A stretch of 64,000 nucleotides of DNA, from contig CDPCPM010000448.1 of assembly GCA_976551045.1 (NCBI GenBank), positions 1,798,001-1,862,000 on the forward strand, given 5' to 3'. Origin of the DNA: Glaucostegus cemiculus. Its lineage: Eukaryota. The notes under the pieces were generated by a model. It was not told where the DNA came from. It saw only the letters and a program-made list of their open reading frames with translations, and searched no databases. This document shows, piece after piece, positions 37,771 to 51,159 of this stretch; position 1 is the first letter of the stretch; each line of letters starts with the position of its first letter. The position numbers and the translations under genes were made by a program.

Positions 37771-38419
37771 AAGTCTAAAACTGGAAGTTCTCAGGAAGTC
37801 CTCCAGTCACACTGGTTCTTTTCAGGATGACCTGGGCAACCCCCTAACTGCACCATAGATGGCTATTCTATACATCGCTCAGCATACCAACAATGGAGAT
37901 TCATTTTAACCTTCTTTGGGATACTTCGCTTGGAGTTACCATTAATATCAATACAAGCAAAGGTTCATCAAACTTTGGTAGGCAGGTTTTCTTTGAAAAA
38001 TCATCATAAAGAGTTGGTGTTCTGGCATTTGATAACACAGTAGACTACATGTTTGATTTGCATCCTCATGTCCTGCGTTCAAATCCACAGAGTGAAAAAT
38101 GTTGTTTTGTTGTAAACTGTAAAGTGGCAACGTGCAATGACACAGAACAATCTCTATTCAGTCTCTAGTGAGCCCCAGCACAAAGCAGAGACTAATTCAT
38201 GACTAACTGGCAACCTCACTTAACACAGCAACAGTATGACTGGTGTGGGAGATGGGAAACACATGATACAATAAAACTCTATTAAACCAGCATGCTTGCA
38301 ATTTTGGTGGAGCCAAACTGGCAGATGTTCCTGACAACTGGGTGTTATTCCAATTAATACTCCAACGTATTTATATTTCATTTTTTAAAACTATTACATA
38401 GTAATGGAATACATTTTCC

Positions 38420-38740
38420 AGCAAGCCCAGTAAATTTAAAAGAAGCATGGGAAAGAGGGCTCTGGTGAGTATAAAGGGGGAAATAGACACTGTGAGTTTC
38501 AAGGTCGTGTGAAAGTGGAACCTTGGTGAATTTCAGGTAGTGCATTAAACAGATCCAGGTGAGCTTCAAGAGGGCATTGTTTCCCACTGAGGAGCACCGG
38601 TGAGTTTAAGGGTGTGCGGAACCAGGGCCCCACTGTATTAAGGAGAACATGGGAACCAGAGCCCCAGTGTTTTCAAGGAAGCACAGGAACCAGGGCCTTG
38701 GTGTGTTTAAAGGAGAGCAGGATTTAGCACCTGGTGAGCC
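38420..38740 (+). repeat. Decayed ~33-bp minisatellite, about 10 units
   Basis: A GGTGAGTTTAAGG-like core recurs at ~38465, 38492, 38526, 38559, 38600, 38634, 38668, 38701 and 38734. GGAACCAG(G/A)GCC occurs three times. Confidence 0.65.
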
Positions 38741-38864
38741 AGATGCCATGCGATCAATATTTCTGAAAAATCAGATTGAAATTGGTATATTATTGTCACA
38801 TGTACAGATTATTCACATGATGCCATGTCTATTTGTTCTAAATACATCCTGTACAGAGCAATAC

Positions 38865-40700
38865 AGTAAATTGGTAAATTGGTTTAAACATAGAACATAG
38901 AACAATACAGCACAGAACAGGCCCTTCGGCCCATCAAGCTGTGCCATCCTACAAACATCTCCCAAACTAACTCTTTCCACCCTCATATCCTACTATTCCA
39001 CATTCTTCCATGTGCTTATCTAACAATCTCTTAAACCTGTCCAACGTATCTGCCTCCACTACCACCCCAGGCAGTGCATTCCATGCACCAACCACTCTCT
39101 GGGTGAAAAACTTCCCTCTGACATCTCCCCTATACTTTCCACCAATTATCTTAAAGGCATGTCCTCTCGTCTTGAGCATCTGTGCTCTGGGAAAGAGGCG
39201 CTGACAATTAACTCTATCTATTCCTCTCAATATCTTAAACACCTCTATCAAGTCCCCTCTCATCCTCCTCCTCTCTAATGAGTAGAGCCCTAGCACCTTA
39301 AGCCTCTCTTTATATTCCATACCCTCCAATCCAGGCATCATCCTGGTAAATCGCCTCTGCACCCTCTCCAACACCTCCACATCCTTCCTATAATGCGGCG
39401 ACCAGAACTGAACACAATATTCCAAGTGCGGCCTAACTAGAGTTTTGTAAAGCAGCATCATCACCTCTCTGCTCTTGAACTCTATTTATAAAAGCCAACA
39501 TCCCATAAGCCTTCTTAACAGCCCTATCCACCTGTGAGGCAACTTTGAGTGAACTGTGGATATGAACCCCCAGATCCCTCTGCTCCTCTACACTGCCAAG
39601 AACCTTGCCATTTACCTTATACTCTGTCCTGGAGTTTGTCCTCCCAAAGTGCACCACCTTGCACTTCTCAGGATTAAGCTCCATCTGCCACCTGTCAGCC
39701 CAGTTCTGCATCCTATCAATATCCCCCTGTAAGCTCCTACAGTCCTCCACACTATCTACCACACCACCGATCTTGGTGTCATCTGCAAACTTACCAACCC
39801 ATCCCTCCACTCCTTCATCTAAATCATCTATGAATATAACAAAGAGTAGAGGCCCCAGAACTGATCCCTGTGGGACTCCACTAGTCACAGCCCTCCAATC
39901 CGAGGGCACTCCCTCCACCATAACCCTCTGCCTTCTACAGGAAAGCCAATTTCTTATCCACACAGCCAACCTCCCCTGGATACCTCGATCTCTGATCTTC
40001 TGAAGAAGCCTGCCATGAGGAACCTTATCGAACGCCTTACTAAAATCCATATACACTACATCCACCGCCCTGCCCTCATCAAGCTTCCTCGTCACCTCCT
40101 CAAAGAACTCGTGAAGCAAGATCTTCCCTTCACAAAGCCATGCTGACTGTCCCTAATCAATCCATGACTCTCCAAGTGCTCATATTATTGTCACACATAC
40201 TGAAGCACAGTGAAAAACTTTGTTTTGCAAGCCATCCACACAGATCATTTCATCACATCAGTTCACTGAGGTAATACAAGGAAAAAGCAATAACAGAATG
40301 CAGAATAAAGGGTTACAGTTACAAAGAAAGTGCAGTGCAGGCAGACAATAAAGTACAAGGCTGTGATGGGGTAGACTGTGAGGTCGAGATTCCATCTTAT
40401 AATACAAGGGGACCATTCAATAGTCTTGTAACAGCGGGATATAAGCTGTCCTTAAGCCTGGTGATACATGCTTTCAGGCTTTTGTATCTTCTGTCTGATT
40501 GGGGGGGGGGGGAGAGAGAATGTCAAGGGTGGGTGGGGTCCTTGATTATGTTGGTTGCTTTACCGGGGCAATAAGTATAGGAGAGATTGGTTTTCATGAT
40601 GTGTTGAGCTGTGTCCACAACTCTGCAGTTTCTTGCAGTCTTGGGCAGAGCAGTTGCAATACCAAGCCATTATGCATCTGGTTGGGATGCTTTCTATGAC
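38865..40700 (-). mobile_element. Rex1/Babar 3' fragment interrupted by a CR1
   Basis: GTAAATTGGTAAATTGGTTTA (38866-38886) resumes as TTATTGTCACACATACTG at 40185. Confidence 0.8.
38887..40184 (-). mobile_element. 5'-truncated young CR1, same subfamily as 27161-31524
   Basis: ORFs 38967-39464 and 39433-40119 are nearly identical to ORF2 of the full-length copy, apart from 8-nt and 10-nt deletions. Confidence 0.96.
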
Positions 40701-42965
40701 TGTAGATTATAGGATAGCAGATTAAAGGTGATTAGGTTGAAATTGAGGTACATTCTGGAACAGAGCGGAGGGAATATTACCCTGAAAAAGCAGCATTGTG
40801 TCTGACAGGGGAGTACTTTAAGATAACAATGGATGTTTGAATATTCTGCATCACTGATATCCCTACACTTGACATGGATACAAAATTAATACAAGAAAGA
40901 GGATCATTGGGGTTGAATTAAATAGAATGATGGGATAAATTGAGAAATCTTGTTTAAAGCTTGCAAATAAAAGGCATAAAGGAAGACTGAAAGGGTACAT
41001 GGATTGGATTTGATGAAGTGATTTGCATGTTAGAAAATCCTACTGGACAAAGGCAAAAGGAGAAATCTTCAGAAGGGGAGAAAAAGATCAAGAAGGGACT
41101 CTTGCACGCACCCTTTTGTCATTGGATCAAGACCATCTTGGTGCTTAGGAAAGAAAAGCAGGGAAATCTCCAGGGGAGAATAAATAAAAGTTTTGGGTTG
41201 AAAAATAAATTGAAGTTTCAAGTAATAGTTTTAAATCCTACTCTAAACATTGCTATTGATTTCTCACACAATCAACCATTATCTCCACATGAATAAAACT
41301 CACCATCTTCCCCACCCTGCCAAATGTGTCACTCTACTAATTTGGATCTTTTTTCTGTAAATCCAGAAGGACAGTAAGCACATCAATACCATAATTCGTC
41401 CTCACAGTTTGCCACAGTTAATCACTTCAAAACTGATAGCCAGTTAACTGGTGTTAACAGAGCTGTCAGTAGCAGCCCCACACCCCTGGCATGCATTGCA
41501 AGTCTGGAGTTAATCAGACAATAAAGACAGTGCTTGATGAAAATTGCCCTGCATTAAAATCAGCTCTATTCATATTTAAACTGCAGTGCATAAATTGGAA
41601 CTGTTTTACTGACCTCGTGTCCTTCTCATTTCTTTTTGCAACCTGAATGAGATGAACCTTATTTATCATCAAAACCTTATAACCTCTTTCCACACAAAAA
41701 ATACCTTATTTCAGGATATTAAATGCATCAGCTGCTTCTGTGCAAAGATAATCCTTGGCTCTCACTGGTTATTCTCCCCCTTCCTTCTCGGTCTTGTCTT
41801 CCTACACCATTTCAGACACAGAATCTCCCTTAACTTTATCAGTTCACTTTTCCTTTTTGAATACTGATCAAAGTGCTCTGTTTTTTTCCTGGAATTTTCC
41901 ACTTCTGTCTAAGATTTCCAGCATTTACAATCACAGTGCACATGCTTTTTAGTTGCAAAATAATATGTTGGCTTCACAGGAATAAAGGCAAGGGTTAAAT
42001 TCTAAAATCTGCTCTTTTCAAGTCCAAGAAACTGAGATAATGACCCTGTTCATCTGAATTTCAATGTTCACTTAATCTAAGCACTATGTGAGAGTGGATG
42101 GTGTTATTATAGACTGAAAAGCTTCCCAAAGGAGGTGGCTGCTAAGATCTTCTCAATACTGTCATATGCTGAGCAGCTTAGTATTTGAATGAGGCCCCAG
42201 ATGGCATTTTAAATAGATACCAGCAGGTGAATTCTTTCCTGTGGGGAAGAATTTCACTGATGATGCAGCTTTATTGCATTTCACTACTTCGTTAGGGTCT
42301 TTAGATAGATGGCTCACCCTGAGCTTTGAGAGCGATGGTCCATTTCTCTGCAACAAGGTACTGAGGGATTGGGGGATGGGGGGAGGGGGGTGGGAATATG
42401 GGAAGGGGAGGTGCACCAGCCTGGAAGTTACAATAGATCGCAGTGTTAAAATGGAATGGAAAAATGTTGAAATGAAGGAAAGCTGTACTATCTTGTCTTT
42501 AATTCACTCAGACTGAGCCCAAGCATATATTTTCCAAGGCCTTCAATTAAGTAAGATAGAGATGTGTAAGTCAGTATCGGAGACAAGTCTAACCATACAA
42601 ATCAAAATATTGATATCTGCAGGTGACCAAATCTGGAAGTCTTTTTGTTAAAGTGAGGCCATCCAATAACTGACCTAGCATTCATTGGAATTGAAGTGAA
42701 GTGCCAGGAGTTCTGTGATACATCCTCATTTCTGTGATTCGCACACAATGAACTCCTATCAAAGCTCATTGGATAGTTCACCCTAGGAGCATGGTCTATT
42801 TCTGTACAACAAAGAACTGACAGGTACAAGGGTGCATTGAATTGCACTTCATTGCATGTGTGATAAAGGGGCAATGAATCACTATTAATGCTTACACATT
42901 TCTGAACAGACTACTAAATGATTCCATTTGACAGACATTTAAAATAAAGCTGAAGTAAAAACTAA

Positions 42966-43125
42966 AAAGTTTGGAAATACTCAACAAGTCTAGCAGCATT
43001 TGTGGAGAGAGAAAGAGTTAATGTCATTGACCTGAAGTGTTAATTCTCCTTCTTTCCACAATTATTGTCTGGCCTGCTGAGTATTTTCAATATATTCTGT
43101 TTATCTGGATTTCTTACACATGCAC
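42966..43125. repeat. Penelope-like hairpin element
   Basis: GAAATACTCAACAAGTCTAGCAGCATTTGTGGAGAGAGAAAGAGTTAA pairs with TTAATTCTCCTTCTTTCCACAATTATTGTCTGGCCTGCTGAGTATTTT. Confidence 0.65.
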
Positions 43126-43397
43126 TATTTTGCCCTTGCATTACAGTCATTTGACTAAGTACGGTGTTGGCATAAAAGCAATTTTTTAACAAGAGGGAAG
43201 AATACCACAAAGTAAAAAAAATAAAATGATATATAAAACTGTGAACCTGACTGAAACACTAAATTCAGCCTGAAATTCCAATGGAGCACCTGAAATAATA
43301 AGACTGCATATACACATTTTGATCTAATTACTTATTACACCCAGGAGGCCATCAACACTGTTTACTCTCTCCATATTTCTCTATATCCCTGTAATCC

Positions 43398-44047
43398 CTG
43401 GTCTAACCATGTAGATGCCACAGCCAAGAAAGCTCACCAGTGCCTCTACTTCCTCAGGAGGCTGAAGAAGTTTGATATGTCCCCTTTCTCTCACCAACTT
43501 TTACTGATGCACCATAGAAAGTATCCTATCTAGTTGTATGGCAACTGCTCTGCCCAGGACCGCAAGAAGCTGCAGAGAATTGTGGACACAGCCCAGCGCA
43601 TCACGGACACCAGCCTCCCTTCCTTAGAGTCCAATTACCTCTCATTGTCTTGGTGTAGCGGTCAGCATAATCAAAGACCCCACTCATCCGGGACATTCTC
43701 TCTTCTCTCCTCTTCCATCGGGTAGAAGATATAGATGCCTGATGGCACATACTGCCAGACTTAAGGACAGCTTCTTCACCACTGTGAGAAGACTATTGAA
43801 CGGTCCCCTTATACAATGAGATGGTCTATGACTTCACGTTCTACCTTGTGTGACCTTGCACCTTATTGTACTGCACTTTCCCTGTAGCTGTGACACTTTA
43901 CTCTGTACTGTTACTGTTTTTACTGTACTACATCAATGCACTTTGTACTATGTAACTGTGTAACGAATTGACCTGTATGATCAGTTTGTAAGACAAGCTT
44001 TTCACTGTACCTCAGTACAAGTGACAATAATAAACCAATACCAAATA
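43398..44047 (+). mobile_element. Rex1/Babar LINE 3' fragment
   Basis: WSNHVDATAKKAHQCLYFLRRLKKF and YGNCSAQDRKKLQRIVDTAQRIT. Tail AATAAACCAATACCAA. Confidence 0.88.
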
Positions 44048-44074
44048 ATTTATTCTCTGTCAGCTCTCCTTTCC

Positions 44075-44232
44075 CGATTAACTACACTAAGGAGTAATGT
44101 TCAATAGCAAATTAACCTATCAGCATGTTTTTTTTGGAATGTGGGAGGAAACCCATGCAGTCACAGGAAGAATGAACAAACTCCACAGGGGCATCCTACA
44201 TTCGGTCTCTGGAATTGTGAGGCAACAGTGAT
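44075..44232 (-). mobile_element. Decayed V-SINE (HE1-like)
   Basis: Minus strand GGAGTTTGTTCATTCTTCCTGTGACTGCATGGGTTTCCTCCCACATTCCAAAA is the V domain. Confidence 0.7.
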
Positions 44233-44293
44233 AATTCTCAATAGAATGTGCTAACAAAAGCCTGCTTTTGTCCATTTTAAATAAAACTAATTA

Positions 44294-44591
44294 GGCACAG
44301 TAGTGTAGTGGTTAGTATAATGCTATTACAGGGCCAGCGACCCGGCTTCAATTCCGCCGCTGTCTGTAAGGAGTTTGTACATTCTCCCCACGTCAGCGTA
44401 GGTTTCCTCTGGGTGCTCCAGTTTCCTTCCACGTTCCAAAGACGTATGTGTTAGGAGCTGTGGACACACTATGTTGGTGTCGGAAGCGTGGTGACACTTG
44501 CAGGCTGCCCCAGAACACTCTACGCAAAAGGATATATTTCACTGTGTGTTTCAGTGAACACATGACTAATTAAGATATTTTATCTTATCTT
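44294..44591 (+). mobile_element. tRNA-derived V-SINE
   Basis: A box TAGTGTAGTGG, B-box-like GCTTCAATTCC, V domain GAGTTTGTACATTCTCCCC...GGTTTCCTCTGGGTGCTCCAGTTTCC, Rex1-like 3' end TTTCACTGT...CATGACTAAT and (TATCT)n tail. Confidence 0.85.
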
Positions 44592-45109
44592 AATGGCACC
44601 GACTTCCTTTCAGGTCTCATCCATACTTGACCTCCACCATCCAAATTCCAGTCAAGTTTATGGTTATTCGACAGTCCAAGCTCTGGTTGGGTCCAAGTAA
44701 AGCCTACCAAAATCTACAAAATAATCTTTACTAGCTCACGGTGATAAAGGCCACATACATCGTCTGCTACATTGGCTCCTCTTCACTGGTACCCAAAAAG
44801 ACTAGTGATGTCACAGAATTCAGATCTATCCTACATGCTTTTTCAACATTGTGCCATATTTAAGTGTCAGTACAAATCTGTGCCCAGACCATCAAAGGAA
44901 ACTGTAACAATCTACTTACATTTTTCACTCCCCTTTCCTGAAACTAGTCTGCTTCATCATCCCTGTCACGGAGAATGGGTCCAAAATTGAAAAGTGTACA
45001 AAATATATTGAGGTTGCATTTCATCACTTGGCTACTCATAGTATCAATCACTGGATAAATGTAGGTGCTCTGTTAATTAGCTACATGGAACTTGGTCCGT
45101 AAGAATTGA

Positions 45110-45630
45110 AGGACTGAAATCATACAGTCCCTTGAGCTCATTCTGCCATTCAGTAATTTTATGGGTGAACACTATCAATGTTCCACCCTATCTCCATATC
45201 CATTTATTCCCTTTGTGCACGAAAATTCATTGAAATCTTTGAATATAATCATCAGCTGAGCATCCAGAGCCCTCTCAGGATGAGAATTCCAAAGATTTAC
45301 AAACCTCTGACTGAAGAAATTCCTCTTTTCCTCACCCATAACAGGCAATCCTCATCCCTATATGTAGATCCCACTATAAATAGCACTTAACCTACAGAAG
45401 TCCTGAGGTAACTCTCCAGAGATATGGACTTTTCCCTTCGCAAGATAGTGATTCACCTTAAAGTTTAATCCTGTTTATTGTCTCGATGCAAAACTATCTG
45501 ACCAGAGAAAGCAGGCTCGCAGCAGCTACCTTGTCAATAAGATCATCAGTCATTTTTCTGAACTCCAGAGAAAATAGGCCAATTCTATAAAACAGCCATC
45601 TCATCCCAGGAACCAGTCTAGTGAACCATG
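45110..45630 (-). mobile_element. Old CR1 3' fragment
   Basis: Colinear degenerate match to the CR1 3' end (GAGAATTCCAAAGATT...ATCCCAGGAACCAGTCTAGTGAAC). Confidence 0.6.
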
Positions 45631-47839
45631 ACAATTATGGAATGTATTATCATCATTATCAAAATTGTTTAGAAAAAATACTCTATAATTTACTTCCAAG
45701 ATTCATTGTTAAAAATACCTCTTAAAATGGCTCAGTTACATTCCAACCTCTAACCCATTGCCAACTAATTAATCCAAATGAATTATTTAATTAGATACAA
45801 GCCATTTATTAATTTTTTCATGTTGCCAATATTTCACATACCAATCCAAACACCTGAACTAGATTCCAGTGTGTTACCCACTTTTAAAAATCCTGAATTC
45901 AATGTATCTATTCAAACCACCCTATTAGATTCTATCTTATTAACAAGAGTCCAAACACCTGGATCAATTCACTGCGACATAAATATCAAATCATATGTGT
46001 GGGCTTTGTGGATATGAGACTCAATGACAAGACAATTAGCTCTGTTTTACTTTAAAATGTTTGCATCTGGACATGGAACTTCTGTTATGTATTCTAAAGT
46101 TTGATGAATTCTCACAGTTTGGATAAACTCTGGTAAATTGATTTGTAAATGTTATTATCTGGGAAAGTTGGATTTTTGTGAATATACGTTACATTTTGTT
46201 ACCCATGGAAGCACTCCCCATTAAAGAATTATGAAGTCACTTTGTTCTCAATTATATGCTTTATAGTTATTAAAAAGTTAATGTTTATTTGAGAATATAC
46301 TGCTTAACCCATGGAGTGCAAGATGTTCCTAGCAAGTTGCAAACCAAATTCCTGGTTCATATTATAACATCTCCATCTATTTGAAATGTGTGTTATCCTC
46401 CTGGATTAATTTGAAAACATGTTATACACTGGATTTTGCATTTATGCATTTGAACATCAATGGGATCAACTTCCTTGTTTAGTTAACTAGGAATCAATGT
46501 CAGAAATGGCGAGTACCAAAAACAATTTTTTATGGAGAGATGCAGAAAACAGCATTTTATTTTATCACGTATCTGAGTTGGGAATGAAATGAGCATTCTC
46601 CAAAAGGTCAAGTCACAAGATGTGAGTTGGGAATTCCAAGCAGAGGAATTGTCAGCTCTGAAAATATTTGGGCCGAGGTTTGCTTGTAAAGCAGAAGATG
46701 TCACAAATTACAAATGGTGACAAGTCTGGAATACTTCTATTTTAATTAATTACTTTTAAACAAATATTAGCACTCAAATGTACCATGAAATAGATATCAT
46801 GTGAACAGAATAAATAAACAGTTAAGTCAGAGTATAATACAAATAATTTAACTTGCCCCTTTGACATTCAGCCAATATAACACTATTGCTTAACATATCC
46901 ACAGTTTAGCAAATACTTAAGACATAAAGGACAAATTGACTTTTTCTTTGACCCTGCTGCTTACCCACATATGAAATTTAAGGCCTCTTCAAAAAAATGA
47001 AAAGGCTTAAAAATAATTAGCTTACTTTAATTTCCTTTCTTCTATGGCTACAATTCATTTTGCACACTTTGTTTGATGGTCTTGGCAGCAATAAGTAGGA
47101 TGACTGCAATAGCCAGGCTGACTTGAAAGCATTCAGAGCTAGAAGAGGAAACTGAATTATCAGTTTATCCTCAAACCCCTCCGTTAATCATCTCTCTTTT
47201 CTTAAAGGGCTGATTCTTGTATAGGTTCCTGGGTAATTGAATGTTCTCTGGCGTCCTAGCTAAAGGGTGATACTTCATGCTTGAACTCAGACAGTACAAG
47301 TTGATGATTTTACATTCAAGCTTCACTCTATCCTCAGCACTTTCCAGCAGGAGCCACTGAACAATGATTAAGAGGAAGAACTCAAGTTAATCTTTGGTCT
47401 GTCTCAGCTGATACTCATGAAGTGAGCATGGATCATTCTGAGCAACAACCCACACCACTAGATCAATTATGTCAATGGAACAGCTCAGGAACTTCCTTGA
47501 CCTGTTCTGCAAGCACCCTGTTGCCTTCATGCTTCTTAGATCTGAATTTATCCACTTCAACTTCTAAAAATTTCCAAGGCCTGAAGAATTAGAAAATGAT
47601 ACTCCCATTTTGGTGGATTTTAACCACACCAGGCAAGTTCTGCTAAACCTCCAAGGCCAGCTGATCATCCCCCAGTCCATTGGTTTATATTCACACAATG
47701 AGTCATACATGGGTTCTGCATTTTTTTTAAACAGTTTTATCTCTTCCCCAGTTTTCCTCTTAAGCAATGTTACAAGCTGAAAGTCTCGTAAAATTACCCT
47801 ATGCCCTCTGTGCAATGGCATAATAATTAAGGAATTGAA

Positions 47840-48180
47840 TTGTTATCCAGAGCCCTGAACTATTGATATAGAGATATGATTTTTAATCCCACCTTGGCAG
47901 CTAGGGATTTTAAATGAAAGATTAAATAGATTAGATCTGAAATAGCTAACACTAATCTTGGTAATAGTAGCCATTAAACTACAAAAATTTGCAGAAGTCT
48001 ATTTAGTTTGTTAAGGTCCTTTAAGCAAGGAAGTCTACCATACTTACCTCGTCTAACATACATAATTCTATAATGTGGTTGATTCATAGCTACACTACAA
48101 AATGGGCTAGCAAGCTACAAGGTTCAGTGAGCAATTGGAGATGAACAATAAATGCCAACTTTGTTCGTGAATGAATAAAC
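47840..48180 (+). mobile_element. Decayed tRNA-type SINE sharing its 3' end with the old LINE family
   Basis: ATCCAGAG...AATCCCACC..GGCAG head, GTCCTTTAAGCAAGGAAGTCTACC core, GCAATTGGAGATGAACAATAAATGC tail. Confidence 0.5.
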
Positions 48181-49311
48181 TAAATAAATTATTGTTTTCA
48201 GTTGACAGCAGTTCAATATGTACTTCCAATGTGCATGTCTTACATTACTGAGGTACATTGCCACTTAGGAATTAGCACCGATGATATAACAACATGTTTT
48301 CAAACTGAAAAACAATTGACAAGTGATTCCTCAGAAATTCTACAGCCAGTGCATAGATGTGCAACACTACAAAGTTTCATAGAATCCAACGGAAGACCCT
48401 TTTCTCGATCACTCTAGACCCAGTCTACCTATACCAATTAGAGAAATGAATATCATGCAAATTAGATCTAAGTGGGGGGGAAAGTGCTACCCTAAAAGCC
48501 AACACTTAAAACAATTAAACCAACAAAAATGTTTAAACATGTATAATGTACAGAATATGACATTTAATTGGATATTAGTCTGTGAGCACTCAGCTAATGG
48601 CTTTTCCCTGAGGATTTTTTAAGTAATGATAGATGATAGCTGGTCTTCAGGACTCAAAGCCCAAACAATTATTGCAAGCAGAAGGCTTCTTATTGAGCAT
48701 TGTTTCATAAAGGGCTCTCAAATTTAATGCTATGAGAAAGACTCAAATTCAGGTTTGAAGAAGCAAAACTATTACATAGGATTACTTGAAGGTTGCTATA
48801 GTAAAGCATTTAACCAAGAATAGCAGATAATGAGAAACTCAACAAATCACTGCAATTATCCACAGACAGTTCTTCTTATCACATTCAATTAGACAGCCTT
48901 TCTTTTTCTTCCATCTACTGACAGTATTCGAATGACACTACCAAGGCTGCATTTGAGCCCTGCTGCATTGGCCTCATAAAATGGTAGTGAGTCATTTATG
49001 CAGTTCTTCCATTTGACTATATTACTAGAGCACTTCAGTACATATTAAGAATCAGCCATGTACGATAAACTAGATTTGTGTTCATGCCAGAACACGTGGA
49101 CCTGTCAGGTTCTCTTGCCTGAATGACTGTAGTGATCCATTTGTTTTGTTTTAAAACAACATATAGCAACTTTCACCATATTTTTATTTTTGGTAACAAC
49201 TCGCCAGGTTTATAAACTAAATTTCACAACTTAACATGATGGGATTTGAACTCATGATCTCTGGGTGACCAATACAGGACTATAATCATTAGGTTGGAGT
49301 GCACCACAGGA

Positions 49312-49870
49312 AATCACAGAATTGTTGCAGAATGGAAGGGGCTAATTTAGCCCATCGTCTGTACCACCTCTATTTCAGAGCAATCCAGGTAGTTCCACTC
49401 CCCACCCTCACCCTGTAGCCATGCAAATTCTTGCCTTCAGATATTTATCCAGCAGCTTATTGAATGTCAAAACTAAATCTGCCTCCACTGCACTCCTCAG
49501 CTGTGCATTCCAGACCCTAATCACATGCTCTGTGAAAATTCCTTTTTCATGTTGCTTTCAGTACTTTTTCAAGCTATGCCATCTGTTCTTGACTCCTCTA
49601 GCTATGGGAACAATTTCTCTCCATCTACTCTGTCTAAGACATCCATAATTCCAAATGTCAGATTTCCTTGCAATACCGGTGTTTCTTGCTTAACCACATC
49701 GCTAAACTTCCTCATTTCTGGAATTATTTTGGTAAATCTTTCTTACTTCCTCTCTAAAGTCTTCATATCTAAAGTGTGGTTCCCAGAATAGAATACAATA
49801 CTCCAGTTATGGCCACATTACTTTTTATATTTAAAGGTTTACCATTACTTTCTTACTCTTGTACTCCATG
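49312..49870 (-). mobile_element. Old CR1 3' fragment
   Basis: GCCCATCG 3' motif, TCTGCCTCCACT...GCATTCCAGACCCTAATCAC, and CCCAGAATAGAATACAATACTCCAG (LEYC.QFW antisense). Confidence 0.65.
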
Positions 49871-50029
49871 CCTCTCAGTCACATAACTCAATTTCCAAAC
49901 TACCCTAGCTCCCAGTTTAGGCTTGTGGACTTCCATCTGCAGGTGAGCATTGGAAGCAATCAGCCACACCACTTGCTAAATTCCTCCCTTCAAATCTCCA
50001 AGCCTGACTTATTCTCAGATCTCCAATAT

Positions 50030-50330
50030 TGACCTTATAGAGGTTTATAAAATCATGAAGGGCATAGATAAGGTGGATGGTGGTAACAGTCTTTTCCCCA
50101 AGGTAAGGGAGTCTAAAACTAGGCTGCATAGATTTAGGGTGAGAAAGGAAAAATTTAAACAGGACTTGAGGGGCAACTTTTCACACAGGGGATGATGAGT
50201 ATATGTAACAAGCTGCCAAGAGGAAGTGGTTGAGGCAGGTACAAAAGTATCACTTAAGAAGCACTTGCAGTCAGCATGGATTCATTGGGCCGAAGAGCCT
50301 GTATTTATGCTATACTGCTCTATGACTCTA
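50030..50330 (+). mobile_element. CR1 3' fragment
   Basis: DLIEVYKIMKGIDKVD, LRGNF, 3' GGGCCGAAGAGCCTGT and CTCTATGACTCTAT tail. Confidence 0.85.
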
Positions 50331-51159
50331 TTACTGCTCAAACCTGTCACCATAAAATACAAAATATATGATCCATTGAAATCTGACCCAGCAGATGAAA
50401 TAAACACCCTGCTTAGCCCACATGTGTTAGTTTCTTTTGCTTTGGTTTTACTTTGTCCACAGTGTGTCACATGGTACTTTTTAACAGTTTGGTCACTGCA
50501 CGGTTTCAAGAGATCCACTATAAAAGATTAACCCCAATCATTAGTCATGCAACTTTTATCAAGAGATATTTAAGAAAGAATGAATCAGGAACTGCATTTT
50601 ATAATCACAAAACATCGCAGCCTTACAAAATAAGTGAATTAGAAGCTATTGACTATCAGGGAGAAATTGGTGGGATATCTTGTACATTTTTCTCTAAGTG
50701 CTGGAAAACAAATTCCCATGGAAACACTTCTTAATAGTAAGTACACATGCCAAGCACCTTTCTGTCTTTGAGGGCCAGGAAGCAGCAAGGTAGGAGTGTC
50801 AATGCAATTTCTAATACAGCATGTAAAAAGTTTAAAGCTTTTCTTCCACTATCCTATTCTAATTACTGCACAATTCCAGTAGATAAGGGAATGAGCTTGT
50901 GCTTCAAAACTGCACTAATTAATGGACTCTAATAGTGGGAGTGGGATGGAGAATTAAGGTGACAACTGAATGGAAGCTCACAGACACCCTTGCGGACTTA
51001 TTCATTCAATATTAAAATATGCAATAAAATCACTGAAAATCATCATTTTGATTTCTCAGAATTGTGCCTTTTCACATCACAGCCTAGGTTTCACTCTGAC
51101 CCAGATCAATCAGTTATTCTGTTGTGAATTGAGGAGTCTTCACAAAATCAAAATTTGTT

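Noticed and set aside
42370-42412. G-run cluster with G-quadruplex potential
   Set aside because: Low-complexity G tract of a kind seen elsewhere in the window (40500, 63560), with no supporting context.
44294-44365. tRNA-like A/B boxes
   Set aside because: Head of a V-SINE. No complete cloverleaf, and it continues into the V domain.
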